Notes: generated by a model from the letters alone, not told the origin. Positions 49,564-62,186 are shown, counted from the stretch's first letter. The stretch: DNA of 64,000 nt from an uncultured virus (IMG/VR IMGVR_UViG_3300032232_000272) (IMGVR_UViG_3300032232_000272), one strand, 5' to 3'. Made by a program: numbers and translations.

Positions 49564-50489
49564 TGACCACAACTGGGATTAGTTCATTCAACCTTGATAT
49601 TAACGATATCATTGAAGAAGCATTTGAGCGGTGCGGGAAAGAATTGCGTACCGGCTACGACTTTAGAACAGCGCGTCGTAGCTTAAACCTTCTTTCTATT
49701 GAATGGGCTAATCGAGGTCTAAATCTTTGGACGATTGAACAAGGGCAGATTCAGTTAAATACTGGGCAGATTACTTACCCATATCCAACAGATACAGTAG
49801 ACCTGTTAGATCAGGTTATTCGTACCAATAACGGTCAGAATATGACCCAAATTGATATTAATATCAGCCGTATTAGTGAATCTACCTATTCCACATTACC
49901 TAATAAAAGCGCTCAAGGGCGCCCTATTCAGGTATGGATTAATCGTCAAACAGGCGGTATTGCCAGCATTCCACAGACTACTTTGTCGGCTAATTTATCC
50001 TCCACAGCAACCACGATTTCGGTGCTTTCGGTAGCAGATCTACCAGCCACTGGCTTTATAAATGTAGATAACGAGACTATCCTCTATCAAAACATCGTAA
50101 ACGGGCAATTAACCAATTGTTTCCGTGGTCAGAATGGTACAACCGCAGCTTCCCATTTAAGTGGCGCTAATGTCTTTGTAAACCGTCTACCATCGATTAA
50201 TGTATGGCCCAGCCCCAATGCGCCTGGCAATCAGTATATGTTCGTCTATTGGCGTATGAGACGGATGCAGGATACTGGAACTGGTGTTAGCACAGAAGAC
50301 ATTCCATTCCGTTTCTTAAACTGCCTAATTGCTGGCTTGGCGTATCAATTAAGCAACAAGCTCGCTGATATTGATCCAAATAGAATAATGATGTTAAAAG
50401 CAGATTATGAGCAACAATGGCAATTGGCTGCCGACGAAGACAGGGAAAAAGCCCCGATCCGTTTTGTGCCAAGAGCATTATTCTATTGA
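49563..50489 (+). CDS. Head-tail adaptor / tail tubular A-like protein
   Basis: ARRSLNLL...WANRGLNLW; LIAGLAYQL...LKADYEQQWQLA helical ends. Confidence 0.6.
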   Translation: MTTTGISSFNLDINDIIEEAFERCGKELRTGYDFRTARRSLNLLSIEWANRGLNLWTIEQGQIQLNTGQITYPYPTDTVDLLDQVIRTNNGQNMTQIDINISRISESTYSTLPNKSAQGRPIQVWINRQTGGIASIPQTTLSANLSSTATTISVLSVADLPATGFINVDNETILYQNIVNGQLTNCFRGQNGTTAASHLSGANVFVNRLPSINVWPSPNAPGNQYMFVYWRMRRMQDTGTGVSTEDIPFRFLNCLIAGLAYQLSNKLADIDPNRIMMLKADYEQQWQLAADEDREKAPIRFVPRALFY

Positions 50490-50497
50490 GGATATGA

Positions 50498-50923
50498 ATG
50501 CCATCACGTTTTGCGTCTGGGAAATGGTCAATTGCGGAATGCGACAGGTGCGCACAACGCTATAAGTTAAAAGAATTAAAGATTCAGATTCTTAAAACTA
50601 AGCCGTATCGTATTAAAGTTTGTCCGACTTGCTGGGATCCAGATCATCCACAATTACAATTGGGAATGTATCCAGTTAATGATCCTCAAGCAGTTCGGGA
50701 TCCAAGACCTGATGTTAGTTATTTGGTTTCTGGACAAAGTGGATTACAGACAAATCAGACTGGTATTGGCCCAGACGGGTTTGGCAGTCCAGAAGGTGGT
50801 AGTAGAGTGTTTCAATGGGGGTGGGCGCCAGTCGGTGGCACAAGAGCGGATGATGCTGGTCTAACGCCAAATGATTTGGTAATATCTGTACAGGTGGGAT
50901 CGGTAACAGTAACAACAACTTAG
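50498..50923 (+). CDS. Zn-ribbon protein
   Basis: ECDRC...VCPTCWD. Confidence 0.55.
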   Translation: MPSRFASGKWSIAECDRCAQRYKLKELKIQILKTKPYRIKVCPTCWDPDHPQLQLGMYPVNDPQAVRDPRPDVSYLVSGQSGLQTNQTGIGPDGFGSPEGGSRVFQWGWAPVGGTRADDAGLTPNDLVISVQVGSVTVTTT

Positions 50924-50932
50924 GAGTAAAAC

Positions 50933-51393
50933 ATGGGATTCAGAAAATCAGCAGGCGGTATTGAAAAGAAAGGTAAAACCGATACTAAGGTTTACCCTAA
51001 TGATGGTAAACACATCGTTGACCAAGGCCCAAAGAAAAACGTCAGCACGTTAAATCGTGATATGAAAGCTATGGGTCGTAACTTAGCTCGCGCTAAGAAC
51101 CAAATGAAATCAGGAAGAGGTCGATAATGGCTAAGTTCTCTATGAAAAAAGGTGGCAAAGAAGTCGGCCCAGCCGAAGTCTATGCAGAGCCACACAATAT
51201 GCAGGGTGGTGCTATTAACGTAAACACATACAGTGGTTACGAGCCAGGCGCTAAGGTTATTGATAATATCAACATCTCTGTTGGCGGTATCAGCAAAGGT
51301 AACTACAAGCCAGTAAATCCATATGGCGTTGGCGAGATGCGCGGTTATGGCGCTGCTACTAAAGGTCGCAAGATTAGCGGAAAAATGGGCTAA
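50933..51393 (+). other. Two small basic proteins (50933-51127, 51127-51393)
   Basis: GGAG RBS; MKKGG and RGYGAATKG motifs. Confidence 0.55.
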
Positions 51394-52319
51394 TGAATTA
51401 CGTCCAGCTATACCAAGCCGTTCAGGATTATGCGGAATCTACAGAGCAACTCTTTGTAGATAATATTTCCACCTTTGTCCGTCAGGCAGAGGAAAGGGTA
51501 TATAACACCGTACAAATCCCGTCGTTACGTAAAAACGTAACTGGTACGCTGACGTCTAGCAATAAATATTTAAGCTGTCCAAATGACTATCTGTCTACGT
51601 TTTCAATGGCGGTTATTGAAGGTTATGGCACAGCTAACGAAACCTATACGTATTTACTCAATAAAGACGTTAACTTTATTCGTGAATCCTACCCAAACCC
51701 CACGGATACTGGTCTGCCTAAATACTATGCGCTCTTTGGTTCTCAGTACTCTAACTCCAACGAACTGTCTTTTATATTAGGCCCAACTCCAAATAGCAAC
51801 TATACAGCTGAATTGCACTATTATTACTACCCAATTTCAATTGTTCAGGGCGCCATTTCTGGTGGCACTGTTACGGGCGGTTCTAGCTATGTAAACGGGA
51901 TTTACAGTAATGTACCGTTATCTGGTGGTCAAGGCTCTGGGGCAGTAGCAAATATTGTGGTAAGTGGCAATGCTGTAACCAGTGTAACCATTAAGAACCA
52001 AGGTAATTTCTATGCCGCTGGAGATGTTTTAACGGCGGCTTCTTCTTATATTGGGGGCTCTGGTACGGGCTTTTTATACACAGTTACCTCTGTGGATAAC
52101 GCTGCTGGCACATCTTGGCTTGGTGATAACTATGATCCATGCTTGCTATATGGCACATTGCGTGAAGCCGTTATATTCCAAAAAGGTGAGCAAGATATGG
52201 TCGCTTACTACGAGAAGCAATTCCAAGAGGCTATGGGTCAATTGAATCGCCTTGGCACAGGTCTTGAGCGTGGTGATGCATATCGCGATGGTCAGGCTAA
52301 GATTAAGGTTAATCCATGA
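51393..52319 (+). CDS. Neck/adaptor protein with inserted Gly-rich beta domain
   Basis: [10 protein letters not shown]...LLYGTLREA adaptor-like helices interrupted by a GGSSY...GGQGSGA module. Confidence 0.55.
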   Translation: MNYVQLYQAVQDYAESTEQLFVDNISTFVRQAEERVYNTVQIPSLRKNVTGTLTSSNKYLSCPNDYLSTFSMAVIEGYGTANETYTYLLNKDVNFIRESYPNPTDTGLPKYYALFGSQYSNSNELSFILGPTPNSNYTAELHYYYYPISIVQGAISGGTVTGGSSYVNGIYSNVPLSGGQGSGAVANIVVSGNAVTSVTIKNQGNFYAAGDVLTAASSYIGGSGTGFLYTVTSVDNAAGTSWLGDNYDPCLLYGTLREAVIFQKGEQDMVAYYEKQFQEAMGQLNRLGTGLERGDAYRDGQAKIKVNP

Positions 52320-53342
52320 TTACCCAAACCGCATGCACCGTATTTAAAGTCAATCTTTTGAATGGCGCTGAGAACTTTACAACCGGCACCTATAAGATGG
52401 CTCTGTATACTGCATTGGCAGATATAAATGCTGGTACTTTGGCATATACAACCAGCAACGAGATTAGCGGAACTGGCTATACCCCAGGGGGCAAAACCTT
52501 AACAAATATCGTACCCACATCTAGTAATAATGTGGCGTATATCTCATTCGATACATTAATTTGGAACCCAGCATCCTTTACTGCAAGAGGGGCGTTAATT
52601 TATAATAATGCAACAAGTGCGGCAGTTGCGGTACTAGACTTTGGATCGGATAAAACAGCTACAAATACATTCACCGTAACATTCCCAGCAGCTACATCTA
52701 GTAGCGCTGTTATTAGATTGGCTTAAAGGAGCAATTATGCAAAAAGAACTATCAAATTTTGGCGACCATGCTGTAGCTACCCTACAAGCAAACGCCGCTG
52801 GTAACGAGACTGTTGGTATGGAAGGTGTATACCATGTTGTCTGCCGTGACAAAGACGGTAACGTTAAATGGGAAGAGCAACTCCCTAATCTAGTCAATGC
52901 CGTAGGCAAACAGCTTATGCTGGACACTTTGTTAAAAGGCTCTTCATACACCGTTGTTGGCCCATTCTTAGGCTTGATTTCTGGTGCTAGCCCAACCTTT
53001 GTAGCGTCTGACACAATGACCTCGCATAGTGGCTGGACTGAGTTTACTAATTACACCGTTGGTGGTTCGGCTGTTCGTGGAACCGCTGTATTTGCTTCGG
53101 CAACCTCGACTGGTACAACACCATCTAACGTAACGACTTCTGCTGCTGCGGCGATTACTTATACGATTACAGGCGCAGGCGGCACGGTTGGTGGATGTTT
53201 CTTGGTTACTGGATCCGGTGCTTCTTCGACACAAGGCAATACGTCTGGTACTTTATATAGCGCTGGTGCATTTACGACCGCTAAAATTACAACCGCTGGT
53301 GATACTGTTTCTGTAACTTATAGTACTACCGCTACAAGTTAA
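52316..53342 (+). other. Two tail structural proteins (52316-52726, 52737-53342)
   Basis: KMALYT...ARGALIYN...VLDFGSDK; NLVNAVGK...GTLYSAG...GDTVSVTY. Confidence 0.6.
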
Positions 53343-53352
53343 GGGGGCATAA

Positions 53353-55626
53353 ATGCCTTTGGTTTTAGCAGATCGGGTTCAAGAGACTTCGACTAGTACA
53401 GGCACAGGTTCGTTCACACTCGCAGGAGCTGTAACGGGCTATCAATCCTTTGCTGTCATTGGTAACGGCAATACAACTTACTACACCATTGCCGATCAAG
53501 GCGGAGCAAACTGGGAAGTAGGTATTGGTACCTATAGCACTACTGGGCCAACTCTTGCTCGTACTACTGTTTTATCGTCTAGCAATAGTGGTAATCTAGT
53601 TAACTTTACTGCGGGCACTAAAACCGTATTTGTTACTTATCCGTCTTCGCAATCTGTATATGAAGATGCCTCTGGTAACGTATCACCACTAGGCACTATT
53701 GCTTCTGGTGTATGGCAGGGTTCTACGATTGGCGTAGCTTACGGGGGTACAGGCGTAACAGCTTCTTCTGGCGCTAATTCGGTAGTTTTAAGGGATGCTA
53801 GTCAAAACATAACGGTTAACCGGGTTAATCAAGCTAATACAACTACTACAGCCGCTGGTGGAACCACCGCACTAACAGCCGCTTCAAGCTATATCCAGAC
53901 TCTTGTGGGTACTGGAGGGCAGACATACACACTACCTGATGCCACTACCGTAACTACCGGGGTAGCGTTTGTATTTAACAATCTTGCTACAGGCACTCTG
54001 ACAGTCCAAAATTACGCTGCTGCAACAGTCGGCACTATTGCCTCTGGTGGAGCTGGAGCAGTATTTTTAACGAATAATGCCACTACTGGCGGTACATGGG
54101 ATTTGCATGCCTATCTTCCTGAAGGCGTGACTTTTGGCACCAATTCATTTAATCTTGGATCCGCTGTTATTTCGGGTGGCACTTGGCAAGGTGGTACAGT
54201 CCAACCTGCTTATGGTGGTACGGGGCTAACGACTTTTACTGGCGCTAATAATGCGCTCTACTCAACAGGATCTACTACATTAACTGCTGGTACTTTGCCT
54301 GTAGCCGCTGGTGGTACTGGGGTTACAACTTCTACTGGTACCGGCTCTGTTGTATTAAGCAACTCGCCAACTCTAGTTACTCCAGCTTTAGGCACACCCT
54401 CTTCGGCTACTTTAACCAATGCTACTGGTCTGCCAATTTCTACTGGCGTGTCTGGTTTAGGTTCTGGCGTTGCTACATTTTTAGGCACACCAAGCTCTGC
54501 TAATTTAGCCGCTGCAGTAACGGATGAGACAGGCTCTGGATCTCTAGTATTTGCAACTAGCCCAACCCTTGTAACGCCAGCATTGGGAACCCCGTCTTCA
54601 GCAACACTTACTAACGCTACTGGCTTACCACTTTCTACTGGTGTAACAGGCACATTACCAATCGGCAACGGCGGTACAGGGCAAACCACAGCGGGTGCAG
54701 CGTTTAATGCGCTAAGTCCAATTACTACTACGGGCGACTTAATTGTCGGTAACGGCACAAATAGTGCAACTCGCCTTGGTATTGGCTCAACAGGTCAAGT
54801 ATTAACAGTTAGTGGTGGAACAACTGTATGGTCAACACCATCATCGGGCGCTGGTACGATTACACGCACGGACTTTACGGCAACGGCTGGGCAGACTGTA
54901 TTTAGCGTTGCTTACTCGGTTGGCTTAATTGATGTTTATCGCAACGGTGTTAAATTAGCTACAGCAGACTTTACTGCTACTAACGGCACATCATTTACAT
55001 TAGCTACCGCTGCCAACGCTGGCGATATAGTCCAAGCAGAAGTATTTAGTTCGCTCAATCTGTACAGCAGCATGACGGCTGATACCTTTAGTGGTAACGG
55101 TTCACAAACAGCCTTTACGATGTCGGTGTCTCCAGCTAGCGCCGCATCTGTTTTAGTGGTTGTTTCTGGTGTTACTCAAGAGCCATCAACATACACGGTA
55201 GCTAGTACAACTTTAACGTTCTCCGCCGCACCCCCATCGGGAACTAATAACATTTCTGTTCGATATTTGGGCGTACCATCGGCTACAACAGTGGCATCAT
55301 TTAGTGGTGGCACAACAGGCTTAACACCAGCGACAGCTACTACAGGTGCTGTTACCCTTGCGGGCGTATTAAACGTAGCAAACGGCGGTACTGGTCAGTC
55401 TTCTCCCGGTGCGTCAGGCAACGTCTTAACATCAGACGGCACAAACTGGGTATCAAGCCCCTCATCTGGCGCTGTTGCTAACGGCACGATGTACGAGAAC
55501 AGTTTAGTTATTAGTTCAAATTACACTTTGACTGCTGGTAAAAACGCATTTAGCGTTGGGCCTATCACGATCAATTCGGGCGTGTCGGTTACGGTGCCAT
55601 CAGGTCAACGCTGGGTAGTAATGTAA
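53353..55626 (+). CDS. Tail fibre protein
   Basis: [10 protein letters not shown]-terminus, repeated L-x-V-x-x-GGTG, internal duplicated [19 protein letters not shown]. Confidence 0.8.
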   Translation: MPLVLADRVQETSTSTGTGSFTLAGAVTGYQSFAVIGNGNTTYYTIADQGGANWEVGIGTYSTTGPTLARTTVLSSSNSGNLVNFTAGTKTVFVTYPSSQSVYEDASGNVSPLGTIASGVWQGSTIGVAYGGTGVTASSGANSVVLRDASQNITVNRVNQANTTTTAAGGTTALTAASSYIQTLVGTGGQTYTLPDATTVTTGVAFVFNNLATGTLTVQNYAAATVGTIASGGAGAVFLTNNATTGGTWDLHAYLPEGVTFGTNSFNLGSAVISGGTWQGGTVQPAYGGTGLTTFTGANNALYSTGSTTLTAGTLPVAAGGTGVTTSTGTGSVVLSNSPTLVTPALGTPSSATLTNATGLPISTGVSGLGSGVATFLGTPSSANLAAAVTDETGSGSLVFATSPTLVTPALGTPSSATLTNATGLPLSTGVTGTLPIGNGGTGQTTAGAAFNALSPITTTGDLIVGNGTNSATRLGIGSTGQVLTVSGGTTVWSTPSSGAGTITRTDFTATAGQTVFSVAYSVGLIDVYRNGVKLATADFTATNGTSFTLATAANAGDIVQAEVFSSLNLYSSMTADTFSGNGSQTAFTMSVSPASAASVLVVVSGVTQEPSTYTVASTTLTFSAAPPSGTNNISVRYLGVPSATTVASFSGGTTGLTPATATTGAVTLAGVLNVANGGTGQSSPGASGNVLTSDGTNWVSSPSSGAVANGTMYENSLVISSNYTLTAGKNAFSVGPITINSGVSVTVPSGQRWVVM

Positions 55627-55635
55627 AGGAAAGAT

Positions 55636-56474
55636 ATGTCAATTGTACTTGTCGGATCAACTAGTGGAAGCGTTACATTACAAGAACCAGCCATTGCTGG
55701 CTCTACTGTATTAACTTTGCCAGCAGTAACAGGAACAGTTCTTACAACCACATCGCCTAAAGCTGGTAATGTGATTCAAGTAGTAACTGCTGAATATTCA
55801 ACACAAGTTAGTATATCGAACACTACAACTTGGACTGATTCAGGTTTATCTGCTTCTATTACTCCTTCAAGTTCTTCTAGCAAAATATTAGTCATTATTT
55901 CTCAAGCTACACAAGTAGAAAGAGCATCTACATCGCCAACACTAGGCAATGTTCGTTTATTGCGTGGTGCTACAAGTATTTGGTCTAATACAGATTTTGT
56001 AGGTGGAATTGCCGCTACTGGAGCATTTAGCGTAGCAAATTGGAAAATTACTGGCTCTATTGTTTATTTGGATAGTCCAGCAACAACCTCATCTACAACT
56101 TACAAAACACAGGGCAGACCAAATTCTGCGGAAGCGAGCTACTCAGTTAATTTTCAAAATGCAGGAACAAATACCTCGACAATTACTTTGTTGGAGATAG
56201 CGGTATGAACCACAATGTTATATTTAAATTAAATCCTAGCGTTACAGTAATTCGTGGCGATGTCGCCTACGATGCCGATGGCAACGAAGTCGCATACGAT
56301 AAAGACGCAGTACAGGCTTATGTAGATGCTCATGCTTATATTGCTAAAAGAGCCGCAGAATACCCACCCATCACCGATTACATTGATGGTGTAGTAAAGG
56401 GTGACCAAGCACAGATTGATAAATACATTGCTGACTGCTTGGCGGTCAAAGCCCGTCATCCTAAAGGAGCATAA
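55636..56474 (+). other. Fibre tip-like protein (55636-56208) plus small assembly chaperone (56205-56474)
   Basis: GNVIQVV...SSSSKILV...YLDSPATTS; KRAAEYP...AVKARHPK. Confidence 0.6.
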
Positions 56475-56476
56475 CA

Positions 56477-57400
56477 ATGGCATCAATTATTAACGCCACA
56501 ACTACAAACGGATTATCAACAAGTGCTGATAATTCAGGCTCATTGCAACTTGCTACTAATAATGGTACTACTGCCGTAACGATTAACACCAGCCAACAGG
56601 TGGGTATTGGTAAAGTTCCTAGTACTGGTAGAACATTAGAAATTGCTACTGCAACAGATTATACAAACATTGTTTTACAAAACACTTCAACTGGCTCAGG
56701 ATCAACAGACGGATTCCTTTTAGAAGCTGGCGGTTCAGATGCCCTAGTTGTTAATTATGAAGTAGGTAATATGCGGTTTTTTACAAGTGCCACAGAACGG
56801 ATGCGTATTGACTCTAGTGGTAATTTGTTGGTTGGTGCAACTGGTCAAATTAGCAGCGAAAAACTTGGAGTAACACAATCGGCAAATAGTCAAGCAATAA
56901 CAATTAGTGCTACTAATGCTTCATATACAGCCGATGCTTTTATTGTGTACGCTTCTAGAAATACTACAAATAATTCATTTTATGTTTTTAATTATTTTAA
57001 TACAGGTGCGAGTGCTTATAAATTTAGGGTTGCTGATTCAGGAAATGTAACAAACACCAACGGTTCTTACGGCACTATTTCGGATGCAAAACTAAAAGAA
57101 AATATTGTTGATTCAACACCTAAATTAGATAAAGTTAATCAATTAAAAGTTCGTAATTATAATTTTATTGGTGATGAATTAAAACAAATTGGCTTTGTTG
57201 CTCAAGAGTTTGAACAAGTCTTTCCATCAATGGTAGAAGAATCTGCCGACAAAGATGTAGATGGAAACGACTTAGGAACAACCACAAAGACAATTAAAAC
57301 TACTGTTCTTATTCCAATTCTTGTAAAAGCTATCCAAGAACTAAACGCTAAAGTAGAAGCACAAGCAGTCCGCATCGCTGAATTAGAAGGAGCAAAATAA
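56477..57400 (+). CDS. Tail fibre with S74 intramolecular chaperone domain
   Basis: ISDAKLKENI...IGFVAQE...LVKAIQEL. Confidence 0.85.
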   Translation: MASIINATTTNGLSTSADNSGSLQLATNNGTTAVTINTSQQVGIGKVPSTGRTLEIATATDYTNIVLQNTSTGSGSTDGFLLEAGGSDALVVNYEVGNMRFFTSATERMRIDSSGNLLVGATGQISSEKLGVTQSANSQAITISATNASYTADAFIVYASRNTTNNSFYVFNYFNTGASAYKFRVADSGNVTNTNGSYGTISDAKLKENIVDSTPKLDKVNQLKVRNYNFIGDELKQIGFVAQEFEQVFPSMVEESADKDVDGNDLGTTTKTIKTTVLIPILVKAIQELNAKVEAQAVRIAELEGAK

Positions 57401-58566
57401 TGCCTATTACCTTAGACGGCACAAACGGAATAACAACTCCCATGTACAACGGGAGTATTGCTGCTAATGCGGTAACTCCTGTAACTGGATTTAAAAATAG
57501 AATAATTAATGGCGGGATGACTTTCGACCAGCGTAATGCTGGTGCTAGTGTTACTGCTACTGGAAGCCCATTTTCTGTGGATAGGTGGCAAGCTATTGTT
57601 TCTCAGGCTTCAAAATTTACTATTCAGCAAAATGCTGGTTCTATAACACCGCCTGCTGGTTTTACAAATTATGTTGGCGTTACTTCAAGTTCTGCATATT
57701 CTGTATTAACTAACGATTATTTTATTTTAAATCAAACAGTCGAAGGTTTTAATATTGCTGACTTGGGTTGGGGAACTGCTAACGCTAAAACAATTACCAT
57801 TTCATTTTGGGTGCGTTCTTCATTAACAGGCACATTTGGTTTGGCATTAAGCAATCAAGATTGGAATTACTCTTATCCAGCCAGTTACACCATTTCTGTT
57901 GCAAACACTTGGGAATACAAAACAGTAACTATTGCTGGTCCAACTGCTGGAACTTGGAACACTAATAATAATGGTGGTGTAAGGGTGCAGTTTGGTCTTG
58001 GCGTAGGTTCAACATATAACGGAACTGCTGGGTCTTGGGCAGCCGCACAATATCTTGGAACTACAGGAGCAACATCTGTAGTCGGCACAAACGGAGCAAC
58101 TTTCTACATTACTGGAGTTCAGCTAGAGGTAGGCTCTACAGCTACTAGCTTTGATTACAGACCTATAACTACTGAATTGGCTTTGTGTCAGAGGTACTAC
58201 ACACAATCAACTGCTACATATACTGTTCTTAACACAGATAATACTTTTGTTGTTTTTAAAACAACCATGAGGGCTACACCAACAGTTACAGCATCTGCTG
58301 GCACAATCTCAGGCGGTTCTTATACAGGTGTTGATTATTTTAGAATTACAGGAAATACAGATTTTACTTGGACAGCATCTGCGGAGCTATAAATGTATAA
58401 ACTTATTAATACTAAATATACTAATGGAACATCGGCTGTATCGTCCGTAATTCGTTTATTTGATAATGCTTGCATCCCATTCGACCCAGCCAACACCGAT
58501 TACCAAGCATATTTAAAATGGCTTGAAGAAGGCAATACTCCATTACCAGCAGAAGGAACTGAATAA
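57400..58566 (+). other. Fibre/carbohydrate-binding-like protein (57400-58392) plus 57-aa partner (58393-58566)
   Basis: FKNRIING...VQLEVGS...[25 protein letters not shown]. Confidence 0.65.
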
Positions 58567-60097
58567 TGCCATTAACAATCGTACAACCCGGAGTAGGAGG
58601 TACAGGGCTATCAACAGGCACACCCCTTTCTTCTACAACTGCGCCAGCTACCAACCCCGCTACTGGCACTCCATCAGCTAGCACATACCTACGGGGTGAC
58701 GGCACTTGGGCATCTATTGCGTCTACATCGCCGGGCGGTTCAAACACTCAGGTTCAATACAACTCAAGTGGGTCTTTTGCTGGGTCTAGTAATTTTGTTT
58801 GGGATAATTCAAATACTAGATTGGGTATAGGTATTAGTAGCCCTGCAGCAGCCATTGATGTTTTGGGTTCTTATTTAAATGGTGGTAGTTCTCGAACAAA
58901 TACCAATACTAAAACATTTGGATTTAGAGTTCCACATTGTTTTACAGCAACAAACCCAATGAATGTTATCGGTGGCTTGTCTACTACATCGATAAATAAT
59001 GTTTACATTGGAGGTAGCGACTCAAATATTGGAGGCACGGCTGCAACGAATTTACTTTTTTATACTGCTGCAAATAACACTACGGCAGACGGAACATTGC
59101 GTATGGCTATAGATTCTGCTGGTAATGTAGGTATTGGTACTAGTAGTCCCGGGGTTAAATTAGATGTAAGCGGTGGGGATTTTAGAATCCAGCAGTCTGC
59201 TGCTACAGCCAGACAGCGTTTTGTTGCTGGTTCAAATCAATGGAACGTAGAGGCATCAAATTCTTCAAATACATGGGGCGTATATGATGCAGCCGCAGGA
59301 ACTGCAAATATGGTTCTTAGTGGCTCCAATCTTCAATTCAACTCAGGATACGGATCTGCTGCTACTGCATACGGCTGCCGTGCATGGGTAAGTTTTGATG
59401 GACAAAACACACCATCTATTCGTGGAAGTGGAAATGTGAGCAGTATTACTGATGATGGAACCGGCAGATTCAGGGTTAATTTTACAAATGCTATGCCTGA
59501 TGCAAATTATTCAGCAGTTGCCACTGCTCGTGCGCCCGGAACTGTTACGGCTTTTACTAACTTATTTGATAATAGTGGGGCATACAGCACAACACAATTT
59601 GCTCTTACTTTTTACAGTGCTAGTGATGGTTATATTGACCCATCTATTTTTAATGCCGTGGTATGCCGTTAGGAGATATAAATGACCAAAAGAATTATTT
59701 ATCCAAATGACGAAGGCGGTGTATCTATTTTGATACCGACAGAAGAATATCTTGCAGAACATACCATTGAAGAACTAGCCGCTAAAGACGTACCAGAAGG
59801 CAAACCTTACAAAATTGTAGACGTCAAAGATATTCCAACAGACAGAACTTTTCGTGACGCATGGGAGTACACAGAATGATTACGATTAATCTAGACAAAG
59901 CAAAAGCTATCACCAAAGACCGTCTACGCAAAGAACGTGCGCCGTTACTGGCAGCACAAGACGTGCTTTATATGCGAGCTACCGAAGCAAACCAAGATAC
60001 AACTGAAATCGTAGCTGAGAAACAACGCCTAAGAGATATTACTAAACTGGCTGATGAAGCCACCACGCTTGAAGAACTCAAAGACTTAAAGGTATAA
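58566..60097 (+). other. Tail fibre (58566-59672) plus two small chaperones (59682-59879, 59876-60097)
   Basis: GNVGIGTSSP, CRAWVSFDG...NVSSITD; DRTFRDAW; KQRLRDIT. Confidence 0.65.
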
Positions 60098-60099
60098 CC

Positions 60100-61112
60100 A
60101 TGTCACAAGCAGATAACTTAGCAGCGCTCGGTTCAAACGTAAACTCATCTGGTGTATTACAGCCAGCTAGTGGGGGTACTGGGGCAACTACAACGGCGGG
60201 AGCAGCAAACGCTATTCTCCCAAGCCAAACTGGGAATACTGGTAAATACTTAACTACAGACGGTACAAATACTTCATGGGGCACTGTTACAAGCAACCCA
60301 GGTACTGTAACTTCTGTAGGTGGCACAGGCACAGTCAACGGCATTACGCTTACTGGTACAGTAACTTCATCAGGTAATTTAACTCTTGGTGGTACTTTAT
60401 CAGGTGTAAGCCTTACCACTCAAGTAACAGGAACTTTGCCTGTAGCCAATGGTGGCACAGGAACTTCTAGCCCATCATTAGTAGCGGGTTCAGGAATTAG
60501 TATTAGCGGTTCTTTTCCTAATCAAACTATTACTAATACTTCATCTGCATCAGGAACAGTTACATCTGTAGCAACAGGTAATGGACTTAGTGGTGGAACT
60601 ATTACTACTTCAGGAACTTTAAGTGTTGCTTGTCCTACATTTAATACTGTTGGTAGTTATGCATTTTGTTTAACAGAAGGCGGTTCTGTTAGTAGTGGTT
60701 CAAATTATTCACCAACAAAATCTTGGACTATGTATAACGCAGGTGAAGGTCTTGATGCAGATAATTCAACTAATTTATCAGGAACTTGGAAAGTTATGGG
60801 TGCTAGTTCAAGTGCTCGGAGTGTTTATTTTTGGCTTGGTTGTAGAGTTTCATAGGAGAATATATGTTTACACTTGAATATGCTAAAAACCCTATTTACA
60901 ACAATGAAGAAGGCACAATAATTCTTTTAACAGTTAAGTGGGAAGAATTTGTAGAAGAAATGCCATTTGGTGCTTGTTCTTATGACTCTGAAGAACATGG
61001 TCGTGATTTATTTAATCGTGCAAAAGCAGGTGAGTTTGGTGAAGTAGCATCTTATGTAGCACCAATTCAACCAACTATTGATTTTGAGCCAACCCCAACA
61101 AATGCAAACTGA
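60100..61112 (+). other. Short tail fibre (60100-60855) plus chaperone (60864-61112)
   Basis: GTVTSV repeats, VGSYAF...SGTWKVMG tip; EEHGRDLF...GEFGEVA. Confidence 0.6.
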
Positions 61113-61271
61113 GTATTACAAAGGCAGAATTTACCCAGGCTCAGTGCCTGAGTTCAAAATGGTGCAAAAAGAGAACGGCGCCATGGTAATGCAAGTGCGT
61201 TATCGTAACGACCCGATGGGTTATTGCGGTAAATGGATGGACGTACAGACTGAGAAAGAAGTAACTGAGTA

Positions 61272-62177
61272 ATGTTCGGAATAGGCGCTTTTGCTCAAAC
61301 CCCGTTTGCTTCTTTAGCAAGCATCTTCCATGACGCCTCTGTCACGGAGAACTCTGGGCTTGCCGATTCTTGTGTGGCTTCTGCTAGCTTCACGGACAGT
61401 CTTACCGAAAACGTTAACATGTTTGAGTTTGACACCACTACTGGTGAGTTTTACGGGCTAATTAACGAGTTTGTTACGATGGCAGACACCCCTGCTATTA
61501 CCGCCCAGTTTGCCTCTAGCCTAACCGAAAACTTTACCCCAGAAGACACCTCAACTATAGCCGCTCAGTTTGCCGTTAGCCAAGCCGAAAACTTTAACCC
61601 TGCTGACGTTTACGAGGTGTATTTTGCTGCACTGCAAGACCTTACAGAGCCAATTAATGAAGTAGCCGACTCCAGTGCCCAGCAGTCTGCTTTTGGTCAA
61701 AGCATAGCGGAAAACAGCAACCTAGCAGACATAGAAACCATTACCGCCCAGTTTGCCTCAAATATTACCGAGCCATTAACTTCTGAAGATACCCCCGCTA
61801 TTTCTGCTCAGTTTGCGGCTAGCATTGCCGAGGCTACCTCGATGCAGGATGTGATTACTATTATTTCGTTGTTTTTCTTGGATATTACCGAGCCACTAAC
61901 ATCCAACGACATAAGGGCTATTACAGCGCAGTTTGCTGGGGCGGTGACAGAGAACACTAACCTAGCCGACTCCAGCACCCAAACATTTAATTTCTTACAA
62001 ACTATTACCGAGAGCTTTACCCTTTTGGACTCGCAAATTCCAAGGGGTTGGTTTAGAATCAACGATGACCAGACAGTAACTTGGCAAGCTGTTAACAACA
62101 CACAAAGCATCACTTGGCAAGACATTGGGAATAGTCAAAACCCCAATTGGATAGAAATCGACAACTCGCAAGGGTAA
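61272..62177 (+). CDS. Acidic 20-aa-repeat virion protein
   Basis: MFG...FAQTPFA start; repeated I-x-AQFA-x3-E; almost no Lys/Arg. Confidence 0.55.
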   Translation: MFGIGAFAQTPFASLASIFHDASVTENSGLADSCVASASFTDSLTENVNMFEFDTTTGEFYGLINEFVTMADTPAITAQFASSLTENFTPEDTSTIAAQFAVSQAENFNPADVYEVYFAALQDLTEPINEVADSSAQQSAFGQSIAENSNLADIETITAQFASNITEPLTSEDTPAISAQFAASIAEATSMQDVITIISLFFLDITEPLTSNDIRAITAQFAGAVTENTNLADSSTQTFNFLQTITESFTLLDSQIPRGWFRINDDQTVTWQAVNNTQSITWQDIGNSQNPNWIEIDNSQG

Positions 62178-62186
62178 GGATAAATT

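Noticed and set aside
54337..54646. Duplicated segment in the tail fibre as a DGR template/variable pair
   Set aside because: Differences are mostly synonymous and not adenine-specific; no reverse transcriptase in the window
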